NCBI RefSeq assembly: GCF_963921235.1
Contig: NW_026948219.1
Location: 1,488,001 to 1,552,000, forward strand
Reading direction: 5' to 3'
DNA length: 64,000 nt
Source: Mobula hypostoma
Taxonomy: Eukaryota
Shown here: one piece after another, positions 1 through 12,039 of the stretch
How positions within the stretch are numbered: position 1 is the stretch's first letter
How the letters are laid out: each line of letters begins with the position of its first letter
Notes under the pieces: model-generated
What the model was told of the DNA's origin: nothing
What the model saw: the letters and a program-made list of their open reading frames with translations, nothing else
Databases searched by the model: none
Program-made: the position numbers and the translations under genes

Positions 1-139
1 ACGTGCCGTGTAAGTTTATCAATTGAGCAGGAAGTGCCAGCCGGGTAAATTTATCTGATTGTTAATTGAGCAGGAGGCTTTGTGCCGGGTAAATTACTTA
101 GAGAACACGGGTCAATTGCAGTCGATTGATACGAGTGGG

Positions 140-1376
140 CCAGGAGCAGCCCTACACAATCTGTGTGAGAGTTTTCCAGACAAGGAAAAAAGATTTGCAA
201 ATGTTGAGTGCAGCACTGAATAAGAAACTGGTGAACAAAACGTGGCCACTGTGCGGGGCTGGGGGCGGGGAACCTGGAATATTACCTCCTGAGAACAAAC
301 AGTAAATTTGATTTGGAAAAAGAACTGTGGAAAGAAGTGGAAATTGTTGAAAAGGGAATGGAAGGAAAAGGCAGATGTAAAGTGGAACAGTATATGATCA
401 GCAAGTTGGAGGAATAATGCATGTGACCAAGGGAGGGAAGAATCCAATAAAACCCCAGAGTTAATGGCTCCACGAAGACAATTGCCGACCCGAATGCTGC
501 CCAATCCACGAGGAGGAGGGACAGCCCTCAGTGATTCCTGTGTATGCACCCTGGAAGCCTCAGGAAATGATAATGATCATGATCATGATTCAGCCCCAGA
601 TAGAAAAGAACAACCAGCACAGTTTGCTCAGTATGTCCGCAGTACTATACAAATGTATAATGTGACCCGGGAAGATTCATTCTGTCTCTGCTGCATGATT
701 CTCTCAGCTGATGAGGGGCGGAAATGGAAGGCAGAATTGAGATACCAAACCTATCAGGAGTTACAGGTGGGAAACCACAATGAGAATGAACAGACAGACC
801 AGATTATTCAAGCCTTGGAAGGGCTCTCCTGCAACCTGTAAACATCACTGAAGTACTGGAATGCAAACCTAAGCCTGGGGAATTGGGACCAGACTATTGG
901 GAGCAATTTGTGGCCTGCTACAGCACTTTCGCAGGAGACTAAGCCTTTAATTAATGGGAATTCATTCCGTCCCCCCTTTAATGCCTACTGTTCCAATGCT
1001 GACCAATTAAGTTAGCCAACACGATTAAAACTAATAATATGGATTGGCCTGACAATGACCAAAATCGAATGCGATGAGCTTTGACATATTATTGGGACCT
1101 GGTTTTCGAAACCATATCAACCCAAAAAGGAACTGATATTAAAGGTGAATATCTTAATTAACGAGAGCTGTATAACTCATCTCCTTCTACCTTAGGCCAC
1201 AAACTTATCAATCACCCCTGCTGTGGACACTTTCTGGAAGTCCAAGATCCATAATGCTGCACGACCGCTGGACTAAGTGTGTAAATGTAGGAGGGGGCTA
1301 TGTTGAAAAATAAATGTGCGAGGTTTTCTAAAATTGACTCCTTCTACCTTAGGGCACGAACTTATCAATCACCCCT
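140..1376 (+). pseudogene. gag: ERV gag remnant
   Basis: Broken frames. A major-homology-region-like segment 'VLECKPKPGELGPDYWEQF' lies at ~852-910, upstream of the pol remnants. Boundaries approximate. Confidence 0.55.
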
Positions 1377-2672
1377 CGTACTCAGTGCTCTACAGCTACC
1401 TCGAGTTTTGGCTATTATTAAATGTGTGGCCCACAGCCACATGTCCAACCGGGTCACTAAAGGCAACGCTTTAGCAGATTAGACAGCGAAAAGTGCGACA
1501 CAATCCTCAGTAGTTGTCGTCCCCTCGGGTTCCCATCAAACAACCCTCTGTGACTGAAGCAGAACGGGTTTGCCAGACATGCGGGAGGTACGTACCTTTC
1601 AGTGGGACGCCTCTGAGGAGGAGCTCAAACTGTGGTCCCAGATGGGGTGCCAGAAAGACCCCAACCTAGGTTTTTAGATCACCCCAGTGGGACAGGTTTG
1701 TGTTCCTACACAGTTTTTACCAATATTGGTCGATTATATACATAATTGTACACACCTGGGAAAGGATGGAATGGTTGGTAACCTGTACCCTGCACACCGG
1801 GTACGACTCCCTCGACAGGTGAATCTTTTTCGTGTCTACAAGTTGATTTTATTGTATTGCCTAGAGTATATTGCTATAGATACTGCTTAGTTACTATAGA
1901 TGTGTTTAGTAGATGGATTGAAGCTATTCCAACTACCAATAATACTGCTATGACTGTTGTGAAGGTATTATTATGGGAAATAATTCCCAGGTACTGAGAA
2001 ACTGAGAGGTACTGAGCTCTGACAATGGCCCACGCTTTGTGGTGAAAGTAGATAAAGAGACATGTAACAACATGTAACAACTTGGCTATCCAGCAACAAT
2101 TCCACTGTGTACACAACCCACAGGCCGCTGGCATTGTGGAAAGAGCCAATGGCACTCGGAAGAGTAAATTGGCCAAACTAGCGGCGGAGACTGGACTCAC
2201 TTGGTTGGAGGCCCTACCGTTAGCCCTATGCCACATGAGGGTTACCCCTCAGGGGAAAACAGGGTTGTCACCAGCTGAAATCATTTATGGACGGCCCATG
2301 AGGACACCCTGGGGACCAAGACCTTGTGTACCATTGATCCCAGTAAGTCTACCAGCAAAATTAGATATGCACACCCTAGGGGAAGAGATGGGGAAATATA
2401 CATGCAAACTAACCAACATTTTCCAAGCATTACATTCACAGGTACGACGGGCTTACAAGGAAGAGAACTACCCCGCAGAGAGGAGTTACTATCTCACCCT
2501 AGAACCTGGGGATTTTGTCCTGATCAAGAACTGGGATTCAGGGAAACTCGAACCTCACTGGAGAGGACCATATCAGGTGCTACTGACCACTCCCGTGGCT
2601 GTGAAACTGAAGGGGCAATCTTGGTGGATACATCGAACAGACTACAAATGTGTTACTGAAGGAACTGAGTAG
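1377..2672 (+). pseudogene. pol: ERV pol remnant: RNase H C-terminus and integrase; protease and RT absent
   Basis: 'LQLPRVLAIIKCVAH...GNALAD' (RNase H); 'IHNCTHLG' (Zn-binding); 'QVDF...IDVFSRWIEA', 'SSDNGPRF', 'GIVERANG' (D,D,E core); 'PHWRGPYQVLLTTPVAVK' (GPY/F C-terminus). Confidence 0.92.
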
Positions 2673-2695
2673 AAGCACTCTCACAGACTAAAGGA

Positions 2696-3622
2696 AAATG
2701 TATTGGTTGATAGTGGTGTTGATGTCTATGTCTTTGAGTGGGCTCACCCCAGCATCCGGGGGCCCCCATGTTAACACCTTTCTGTCTCTCTGTCAGATCT
2801 ATGCCAAACAGGTAGAACTGGGGCCTGCTGGGTTTGTGCCAAAATTCCACAGCATGGTAAAACTATGATTCCAATGTCAGTAATCCCGCTCAACCAGAGT
2901 GAGGAACTCTCAGCCTGGGCTTTCTCAAATAACAGCCAGGGAAGTGAGGTGAGGAACTGTGGTCCAGTCAGAGATGACTATGGCTGTCAGTGTTTTGAGA
3001 GATGGTATCTCCGGCCCCCATCAAACAGAACTTCCTATACTGGGAAACATGCATCCTGGCCATACTTGCAGGTGCCCAGCATTGGAGAGGAATAACTGAG
3101 ACTGAGCGATTTTGGATGATCACTTTTCTCCCCTATGGAGTAGCCAGGAATTCACGAGAGATAATCAATTTGGCTACAGCACTTGAGGAGCTGGCCACAA
3201 TACTGCAGGGGCCCTGACAGAAACACAGGCCCAAGTAACAGAAATATCCAGTGAAATGATTGCAATCTAGCAAACAATCCTACAGAGTCGTATAGCTTCA
3301 GATTTTATCCCAGCTGAGAAAGGGGGAACCTGTGCTATTATTAACACAGAATGCTACACCTATATCCCTAATGAGTCTACTAACATTACATCTCTCTCTG
3401 ACCACACTGCCAAGGAGACTGCAGCATTAAGAAAGTACGACAGGACTTACACGGGTTCACCAAAGGGTCGAAATGATGGTCTTCGAAGGCCTGTTCGGTA
3501 ATATGTGGGGCATGATATTGCATTATGGCCTAATAGTTGTACATATCATTATTATAATTACTGTTGTACGCTGTTTTTACCCACTGATAAGTCAATGCTG
3601 TACTCGGTTGCTTTCTGTGTAA
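2696..3622 (+). pseudogene. env: ERV env remnant (gamma-type), SU largely deleted
   Basis: CWVC at ~2826; immunosuppressive domain and cysteine motif 'ILQSRIASDFIPAEKGGTCAIINTECYTYIP' at ~3277-3370; hydrophobic TM segment ~3510-3580. Confidence 0.88.
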
Positions 3623-3654
3623 AACATTACTGATTTGATCATCATGTAATGGTC

Positions 3655-4999
3655 AAAAGGAGATCATTGTGGACTTCAGGTATGACAGGAGTCACACTCA
3701 CGTCCCCATCTACAACAACGGATCTGTCGTGGAGCGTGTATCAAGCTTCAAATTCCTCGGTGTCCACATTTCCGAGGATCTCACTTGGTCCCTGAACTCC
3801 TCCATCCTGATCAAAAAGGTGCAACAGCGCCTTTATTTCCTGCGGAGCATGAAGAAAGCTCACCTCTGTCCCAGGGTACTGACGGACTTTTACCGCTGTA
3901 CCATTGAGAGCATACTCACCAACTGCATCTCAGTGTGGTATGGAAATTGTCCCGTATCGAACCGCAAAGCACTCCAGCGTGTGGTGAAAACTGCCCAGCG
4001 GATTATCGGCAGCCAATTGCCCACCATTGAGAACATCTACCATAAACGCTGCCTGGGCTGGGCTAAACACATTATCAAGGATGCATCTCACCCTAACCAT
4101 GGACTTTTTACTCTCCTCCCATCCGGTAGGCGCGACAGGAACCTCCGCTCCCGCACCAGCAGGCACAGGAAGAGCTTCTTCCCTGAGGCTGTGACCCTGC
4201 TGAACCTCACATCACAGCGCTAAGCAGTACTGCACCCGTATTGTACTGTCTCAGTGCTTTTATATTTGTGTGCTGTAGCACTTTTTTTGTTTGCAGTTAT
4301 TCTGTAAATAACACCATTAGAACCATAGAACCATAGAAACTACAGCACAGAAACAGGCCTTTTGGCCCTACACAGCGGTGCTGAACCATTTTCTGCCTAG
4401 TCCCACAGACCTGCACACGGACCATATCCCTCCATACACCTCCCATCCATGTATCTGTCCAATTCATTCTTAAATATTAAAAAAGAACCTGCATTTACCA
4501 CCTCGTCTGGCAGCTCATTCCATACTCCCACCACTCTCTGTGTGAAGAAGCCCCCGCTAATGTTCCCTTTAAACTTTCCCCCCTTCACCCTTAACCCATG
4601 TCCTCTGGTTTTTTTCTCCCCCTGCCTCAGTGGAAAAAGCTTGTTTGCATTCACTCTATCTATACCCATCATAATTTTATATACCTCTATCAAATCTCCC
4701 CTCATTCTTCTACGCTCCAGGGAATAAAGTCCTAACCCGTTCAACCTTTCTCTGGAACTGAGTTTCTCAAGTCCCGGCAACATCCTTGTAAACCTTCTCT
4801 GCACTCTTTCAACCTTATTTATATCCTTCCTGTAATTTGGTGATCAAAACTGAACACAATACTCCAGATTCTGCCTCACCAATGCCTGAGACAACCTCAT
4901 CATATTCTTTGCATTTCTGGTGGGATGCTAAATGCATTTCATTGGCTTTGTATTTGTACTCGGTACAATGACAATAAAGTTGAATCTAATCTCATCTAA
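3655..4999 (+). mobile_element. 5'-truncated Rex1/Babar-type LINE, interrupted by a CR1
   Basis: ORF 3669-4223 'KEIIVDFR...FKFLGVHISEDLTWS...QRLYFLR...FYRCTIESILT...LLPSGRR' is the RT C-terminal region. The 3' UTR ends in AATAAA plus a (ATCTA)n-like tail at ~4973-4999. Confidence 0.88.
4319..4900 (-). mobile_element. 5'-truncated CR1 LINE
   Basis: ORF 'QRRFTRMLPGL...YSLERRRMRGDLIEVYKI...TRGH...FFTQRVVGVWNELP'; (TTCTATGG)n 3' tail at 4319-4340. Confidence 0.92.
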
Positions 5000-5465
5000 T
5001 GATAAAATATGTAAAAGGGTTAACTCTTAGTTAAACAATAGCAGTCTGTTTTTCTGAAAGAAACTGCTGATGATCAACAGATGTGCTAAGCCATGCTGAG
5101 CCACATTTCTTCTTGAGGGTGGCTAGCTAGGGTTTCAGGATGCTTATCTCCTTGTGCACTCATGTGTAGAGATAGGACAGCTTCAGTCTGTTCTGTGTGT
5201 GTAAGCCATTATGACTATTTTGTAATTTGTCTTTAGGGGCTGTCATGTAGTAAATAACTTTGGCTCCAGCCTGTCTTGTGTTGGGGGTATCTGGACGGAT
5301 ATATCTGTGGTGTAAGGGGAATTGTTAGTCAGTTAGTGGATTGGGCGGGAACAGTCATACACTGTTCCTGTTTGAGTGACTAACTGAGTAAAGGTCAAGT
5401 GCTTGGGCTAAAGAGTTTGCACTTATACCGTCTCTGAGTGACTTTATCCGGATTCGACTTCCACA
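5000..5465 (+). mobile_element. 3' LTR of the ERV (~465 bp)
   Basis: Starts TG after the Rex1 tail and ends 'cgacttccaCA'; AGTAAA at ~5387. Homology to the 15.0-15.36 kb host paralog begins right after 5465, which fixes the boundary. Confidence 0.7.
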
Positions 5466-5655
5466 GAATGGGAGTGGTTTTAAAGGGCTGGGCTGCTGGA
5501 AGCACATCACCAGACCTGGAGTGATTGCAACTGGGTCTGACAGAGGCATAACTGGTTCTTCTGGCAACATTCAGTCTCACTCCGACTATTCCCTACCTTC
5601 CTTTGTACAGGTATGTAATGTCTAAAGGACCAGTGTTTGAGTAAATGAGACTCAC

Positions 5656-5823
5656 CAAACTTTCTCCTGACTGAATCACTGGAATCTCCGAGTCAGATGG
5701 GTTCTCTCCAGTTGATGCTCTCAACCCTCGGGCTGGTTCACTTGTTGCTGTTCCCTCGTCTTCAGTCGTGGTTTGCTTCCAGTTGGGGTTTTTCTTCCAA
5801 TAAATCTCTCACCGCAGGTCTAA
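5656..5823 (-). other. Internal exon of a leftward-transcribed paralogous gene (downstream exons outside the window)
   Basis: Reverse-complement paralog of 15004-15172. Acceptor (ttcaag|) and donor (|gtgagt) are conserved, and flanking intron homology spans ~5466-5910. Confidence 0.6.
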
Positions 5824-5929
5824 CTTGAACATGAAAGATAATGAAGCACATTAACAATAAAAAGGAGAAACAAACATTTCTGCTTCATGTTACTAAGAAC
5901 AAAACTCACTGAAACTTGCCCCTCACATC

Positions 5930-6420
5930 TCCTCTGACCATAAATGTATTCGACTTTTCAACCACCTTGGATCGTCTGTCCACTCCATCAATTCCTCTCG
6001 TAATCTTATAAACATCCATCCAGTCTCAGCCCAGCCTGCGCCGCTCTGGAGAAAACAACCCAAGTTTGTCCAGCCTCTCGTTACAGCTCATGCCCTCTAA
6101 CCCAGGCAAACCTCTTCTGCGCCCTCTCCAAAGCCCCGGCATCCTTCCTAGAGTGGGGCGATCAGAACAGTATTTAATACTCCGGATGTGGCCTGACTGG
6201 AGTTTTATAAAGCTTCAACACAGCTTCCCGGCTTTTGAACTCAATGCAACAACTAATAAAGACAACCACGCCATTTGCCTTCTTAACCACCCGATCAATC
6301 TGTGCAGTCTCTTTCAGGGAGCGATGAACTTGGAGTCTAAGATCCCTCTGATCATCAACACCGTTCAGGGTTTTGCATTTAACAGTGTCCTGTCTCAGAC
6401 ATTCGACCTACCGAGCTGCC
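5930..6420 (-). mobile_element. Degraded CR1 fragment
   Basis: CR1-like 'ccctctaacccaggcaa...tactccggatgtggcctgac...ttcttaaccacc' antisense RT sequence. Confidence 0.6.
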
Positions 6421-6669
6421 ATGACTAATCAAATCTCACTGAGCTGTCTCAGGTCCTGTTGAATTTATTGCCAAGTGCACAAGTACGGGAAGGTACAGGG
6501 ACAGAGAAACACTGACTTGTAGCAGCATCACAGGCAAGTACATTCAGATAACACACAGAACACAAATTATACGATTCTCTGTCAGTAACAATCTATAAAT
6601 ATGCTTTATGTCATTAACAATATATAAAATACATTGTGTCATGATCAATATTGAAAGGTGCATTTTGTG

Positions 6670-7330
6670 TCAATTTAGGTGTCACCATTGAAGAAACCAA
6701 GAATATCAGGTCAAAATCCGTAATGATCTACGCTGGAATAGTCAGACACATCATGCAACAGTGAATGCAACAGGAGCCCTAAATTTTCACCATTGTTCAG
6801 CTTCAGTTAAGGAGAAGTTGTACCTCACCACTGTTAGGCCACATTTGGAATATGCAGTTGCTGCCTGGGACCCAAACACAAACAAAAACACTACTTCCAC
6901 CGAGCGAGTCCAAAGACAGGCAGCCCGATTTGTCACAAATACCTATGAGAGAGAAGCCAGTGTTACTCAACCTTCAAATTCATTAAAGTGGAACTCTCTC
7001 CAAGATAGATGTGACCTGTCTTTACAAAATGTTAAATGGTCAACTCGACAGAGACTACCAATCCCACATCAAACCCAAACCTTTTAGGAGCAGAAGAGGG
7101 CACTCAACTCAGTGTGAAATACTAACTACCAAATCAGATGTGTACAGCAATTCATTTTGCCCCGCACAATTAAAGCGAGGAATACTCGTCATCCTAACAC
7201 AGTCACACAACCAAACCCAATTAAACTTAAGGCAGCTTTTCTTCTGGAAAAATCTCCTTCTTAAACCCACCCCCGCCTCCTCCAGTTTAAATTCCATGCG
7301 GAATATTTTGGAGGATAAAGAATCAATAAC
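6670..7330 (+). mobile_element. Non-LTR retrotransposon RT C-terminal fragment (CR1/L2-superclade family distinct from the other CR1s here)
   Basis: 'LYLTTVRPHLEYAVAAWDP...ERVQRQAARFV...LKWNSLQDR...LYKMLNG...YSNSF'; frameshifted. Confidence 0.75.
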
Positions 7331-7539
7331 AGACTTGCAGATGTTGAATTTGGTCCCTGTCTCCATTCCTCCTGTCACCCACAACCAGCTCCGTTGTTTC
7401 TGTCACCGGGAGGCAGAGATCATTTCCTTGTGTCGGGGTGATGACTCCTTCTCTGCCGGCTGACCCGTTATTATTGGAGATGAGGCCGGTCAGTCAGCGG
7501 ATTTAACCCGCAGATTGGAGCTGTGGGTGGCGATACGGT

Positions 7540-7666
7540 CACGGGTGAACACACGGAGAGTGACGGGGACAGGGTGGGTGTGTGTGTCACGGGTGAACAC
7601 ACGGAGAGTGAAGGGGACGGGGTGTGTGTGTGTGTCACGGGTGAACACACGGAGAGTGAAGGGGAC

Positions 7667-7721
<55 letters not shown>

Positions 7722-10700
7722 CGGGTGAACACACGGAGAGTGAAGGGGACAGGCTGTGTGTGTGTGTGTCACGGGTGAACACACGGAGAGTGAAGGGGAC
7801 AGGCTGTGTGTGTGTGTGTGTCACGGGTGAACACACGGAGAGTGAAGGGGACAGGGGTGTGTGTGTGTGTGTGTGTGTGTGTGTCACGGGTGAACACACG
7901 GAGAGTGAAGGGGACAGGGTGTGTGTGTGTGTGTGTGTCACGGGTGAACACACGGAGAGTGAAGGGGACAGGCTGTGTGTGTGTGTGTCACGGGTGAACA
8001 CACGGAGAGTGAAGGGGACAGGGTGTGTGTGTGTGTGTGTCACGGGTGAACACATGGAGAGTGAAGGGGACAGGGTGTGTGTGTGTGTGTGTGTCACGGG
8101 TGAACACGGAGAGTGAAGGGGACAGGGTGTGTGTGTGTGTGTGTCACGGGTGAACACACGGAGAGTGAAGGGGACAGGGTGTGTGTGTGTCACGGGTGAA
8201 CACACGGAGAGTGAAGGGGACAGGGTGTGTGTGTGTGTGTCACGGGTGAACACACGGAGAGTGAAGGGGACAGGGTGTGTGTGTGTGTCACGGGTGAACA
8301 CACGGAGAGTGAAGGGGACAGGGTGTGTGTGTGTGTGTCACGGGTGAACACACGGAGAGTGAAGGGGACAGGGTGTGTGTGTGTGTCACGGGTGAACACA
8401 CTGAGAGTGAAGGGGACAGGGTGTGTGTGTGTGTCACGGGTGAACACACGGAGAGTGAAGGGGACAGGGTGTGTGTGTGTGTGTGTCACGGGTGAACACA
8501 CGGAGAGTGAAGGGGACAGGGTGTGTGTGTGTGTGTCACGGGTGAACACACGGAGAGTGAAGGGGACAGGGTGTGTGTGTGTGTGTGTCACGGGTGAACA
8601 CACGGAGAGTGAAGGGGACAGGGTGTGTGTGTGTGTGTGTGTCACGGGTGAACACACGGAGAGTGAAGGGGACAGGGTGTGTGTGTGTGTGTGTCACGGG
8701 TGAACACACGGAGAGTGAAGGGGACAGGGTGTGTGTGTGTGTGTGTCACGGGTGAACACACGGAGAGTGAAGGGGACAGGGTGTGTGTGTGTGTGTGTGT
8801 GTGTGTCACGGGTGAACACACGGAGAGTGAAGGGGACAGGGTGTGTGTGTGTGTGTGTGTCACGGGTGAACACACGGAGAGTGAAGGGGACAGGGTGTGT
8901 GTGTGTGTGTGTCACGGGTGAACACACGGAGAGTGAAGGGGACAGGGTGTGTGTGTGTGTGTGTGTCACGGGTGAACACACGGAGAGTGAAGGGGACAGG
9001 GTGTGTGTGTGTGTGTCACGGGTGAACACACGGAGAGTGAAGGGGACAGGGTGTGTGTGTGTGTGTGTCACGGGTGAACACACGGAGAGTGAAGGGGACA
9101 GGGTGTGTGTGTGTGTGTGTGTGTGTCACGGGTGAACACACGGAGAGTGAAGGGGACAGGGTGTGTGTGTGTGTGTGTCACGGGTGAACACACGGAGAGT
9201 GAAGGGGACAGGGTGTGTGTGTGTGTGTGTCACGGGTGAACACACGGAGAGTGAAGGGGACAGGGTGTGTGTGTGTGTGTGTGTCACGGGTGAACACACG
9301 GAGAGTGAAGGGGACAGGGTGTGTGTGTGTGTGTGTCACGGGTGAACACACGGAGAGTGACGGGGACAGGGTGTGTGTGTGTGTGTCACGGGTGAACACA
9401 CGGAGAGTGAAGGGGACAGGGTGTGTGTGTGTGTGTCACGGGTGAACACACGGAGAGTGAAGGGGACAGGGTGTGTGTGTGTGTGTGTGTCACGGGTGAA
9501 CACACGGAGAGTGAAGGGGACAGGGTGTGTGTGTGTGTGTGTCACGGGTGAACACACGGAGAGTGAAGGGGACAGGGTGTGTGTGTGTGTGTCACGGGTG
9601 AACACACGGAGAGTGAAGGGGACAGGGTGTGTGTGTGTGTGTGTCACGGGTGAACACACGGAGAGTGAAGGGGACAGGGTGTGTGTGTGTGTGTGTGTCA
9701 CGGGTGAACACACGGAGAGTGAAGGGGACAGGGTGTGTGTGTGTGTGTGTCACGGGTGAACACACGGAGAGTGAAGGGGACAGGGTGTGTGTGTGTGTGT
9801 CACGGGTGAACACACGGAGAGTGAAGGGGACAGGGTGTGTGTGTGTGTGTGTGTGTCACGGGTGAACACACGGAGAGTGAAGGGGACAGGGTGTGTGTGT
9901 GTGTGTCACGGGTGAACACACGGAGAGTGAAGGGGACAGGGTGTGTGTGTGTGTGTCACGGGTGAACACACGGAGAGTGAAGGGGACAGGGTGTGTGTGT
10001 GTGTCACGGGTGAACACACGGAGAGTGAAGGGGACAGGGTGTGTGTGTGTGTGTCACGGGTGAACACACGGAGAGTGAAGGGGACAGGGTGTGTGTGTGT
10101 GTGTCACGGGTGAACACACGGAGAGTGAAGGGGACAGGGTGTGTGTGTGTGTCACGGGTGAACACACGGAGAGTGAAGGGGACAGGGTGTGTGTGTGTGT
10201 GTCACGGGTGAACACACGGAGAGTGAAGGGGACAGGGTGTGTGTGTGTGTGTCACGGGTGAACACACGGAGAGTGAAGGGGACAGGGTGTGTGTGTGTGT
10301 CACGGGTGAACACACGGAGAGTGAAGGGGACAGGGTGTGTGTGTGTGTGTGTGTCACGGGTGAACACACGGAGAGTGAAGGGGACAGGGTGTGTGTGTGT
10401 GTGTCACGGGTGAACACACGGAGAGTGAAGGGGACAGGGTGTGTGTGTGTGTCACGGGTGAACACACGGAGAGTGAAGGGGACAGGGTGTGTGTGTGTGT
10501 CACGGGTGAACACACGGAGAGTGAAGGGGACAGGGTGTGTGTGTGTGTGTCACGGGTGAACACACGGAGAGTGAAGGGGACAGGGTGTGTGTGTGTGTGT
10601 CACGGGTGAACACACGGAGAGTGAAGGGGACAGGGTGTGTGTGTGTGTCACGGGTGAACACACGGAGAGTGAAGGGGACAGGGTGTGTGTGTGTGTGTGT

Positions 10701-11165
10701 GTGTGTGTCACGGGTGAACACACGGAGAGTGAAGGGGACAGGGTGTGTGTGTGTGTGTCACGGGTGAACACACGGAGAGTGAAGGGGACAGGGTGTGTGT
10801 GTGTGTGTGTGTCACGGGTGAACACACGGAGAGTGAAGGGGACAGGGTGTGTGTGTGTGTCACGGGTGAACACACGGAGAGTGAAGGGGACAGGGTGTGT
10901 GTGTGTGTGTCACGGGTGAACACACGGAGAGTGAAGGGGACAGGGTGTGTGTGTGTGTGTCACGGGTGAACACACGGAGAGTGAAGGGGACAGGGTGTGT
11001 GTGTGTGTGTCACGGGTGAACACACGGAGAGTGAAGGGGACAGGGTGGGTGTGTGTGTGTGTGTGTGTCACGGGTGAACACACGGAGAGTGAAGGGGACA
11101 GGGTGTGTGTGTGTGTGTCACGGGTGAACACACGGAGAGTGACGGGGACAGGGTGTGTGTGTGTG
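7540..11165. repeat. Compound minisatellite: 34-bp unit CACGGGTGAACACACGGAGAGTGAAGGGGACAGG plus variable (GT)n, about 70 copies
   Basis: Directly visible. The ORFs called here are repeat artefacts. Confidence 0.98.
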
Positions 11166-11199
11166 CTGAGGGTCGGAGAGACAGAGGTGAGGGAGCCAC

Positions 11200-11770
11200 T
11201 CTGACCACCTGCCAGACATCTGACAGGATCCAGACACGCAAGGCCGGGTGAAGGCCCAGGTCTCCGAGTTGACGCCTCCGTATGTCTCCTCCTACCTCTC
11301 GGCGATACATCAGACTCCGGCCGCAGGAGACGCTTCACAAACGCCGCCGGCTTCCCTCGGATGGAAATGGAAATAAATCAGAAAACGGGACATTTACTCT
11401 GAGAATTGTTCCGCTTTGACGGAGAGATCGGCGCCGGCGCGGAAGACGGAACCAACGGGGGTACCGCCCTCTCCGCTGGTCCGCTTCTGCTATTGGGTGT
11501 AACCAGTGATTGGCATTATATCCCACCAATGGCAATAGCGCAGCTGAGCGTTGGATTTCAGTGACGGGGAGGGATGATCACGTGATTAGTAGCCCAGCTG
11601 TTAAACCGACAAAGCTCGAGCACAGCAGCTTGTGGGTGACGTAGACACCGTGCACGTGAGGGAAGATCCCAGTCAGGGTAACCCGTGTGTGACGTCAGGC
11701 GCGTGGGGGGGGGGGTGCACCTGTGTGACGTCACCTGTGGGGAAGCGCTCGTATTTAAAAACACCTGAAT
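11200..11770. promoter_or_regulatory. CpG-island promoter, probably bidirectional
   Basis: High CpG; ETS-type GCGGAAG ~11439; CCAAT/ATTGG at ~11492, ~11509, ~11526; E-boxes CACGTG ~11579 and ~11653; perfect CREs TGACGTCA at 11690-11697 and 11726-11733; TATA-like TATTTAAA ~11752. Confidence 0.7.
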
Positions 11771-12039
11771 GGACGTTTCTGATGATTTCAGTGGGACAAC
11801 AACATTAATCCCGGGTTTCATCACTGAATCCAGTGTTGTGAGATGTAAAGTCCCCTGTTATGTGTCCGGCTGTGCCGTGTTGTTGGTGGAGTGGGCAGCG
11901 TGGTGTTTGTCTCGATTCGGGTCACAACACCAGAATTGCCAGTGGGGTCCACACACAGTGTATTAGTCAACAGAAAACCTCTCGTCCCTGCAGTCTCTGT
12001 CTCCTGGTAAACTCAACACCCTGTCCATGTGGACCATAG

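Larger units (their letters stand above)
1..5465 (+). mobile_element. Defective endogenous retrovirus (class I, gamma/epsilon-like); 5' end outside the window; internally deleted
   Basis: Ordered gag-like region, RNase H C-terminus, integrase, env with CWVC and ISD/CX6C motifs, purine tract at ~3654 and a TG...CA LTR. Many stops and frameshifts. Confidence 0.9.

Noticed and set aside
5466-5831. Extension of the ERV LTR to 5831 (AATAAA at 5799, CA at 5831), with a solo LTR at 15.0-15.36 kb
   Set aside because: Homology with the 15-kb copy continues past 5831 and preserves splice sites, so it is a host exon paralog.
7540-11165. CRISPR-like repeat/spacer array
   Set aside because: Spacers are only (GT)n and not unique sequence, there are no cas genes, and the context is vertebrate.
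7471-11310. Many overlapping HT-/CV-rich ORFs
   Set aside because: These are translations of the minisatellite with no coding signals.
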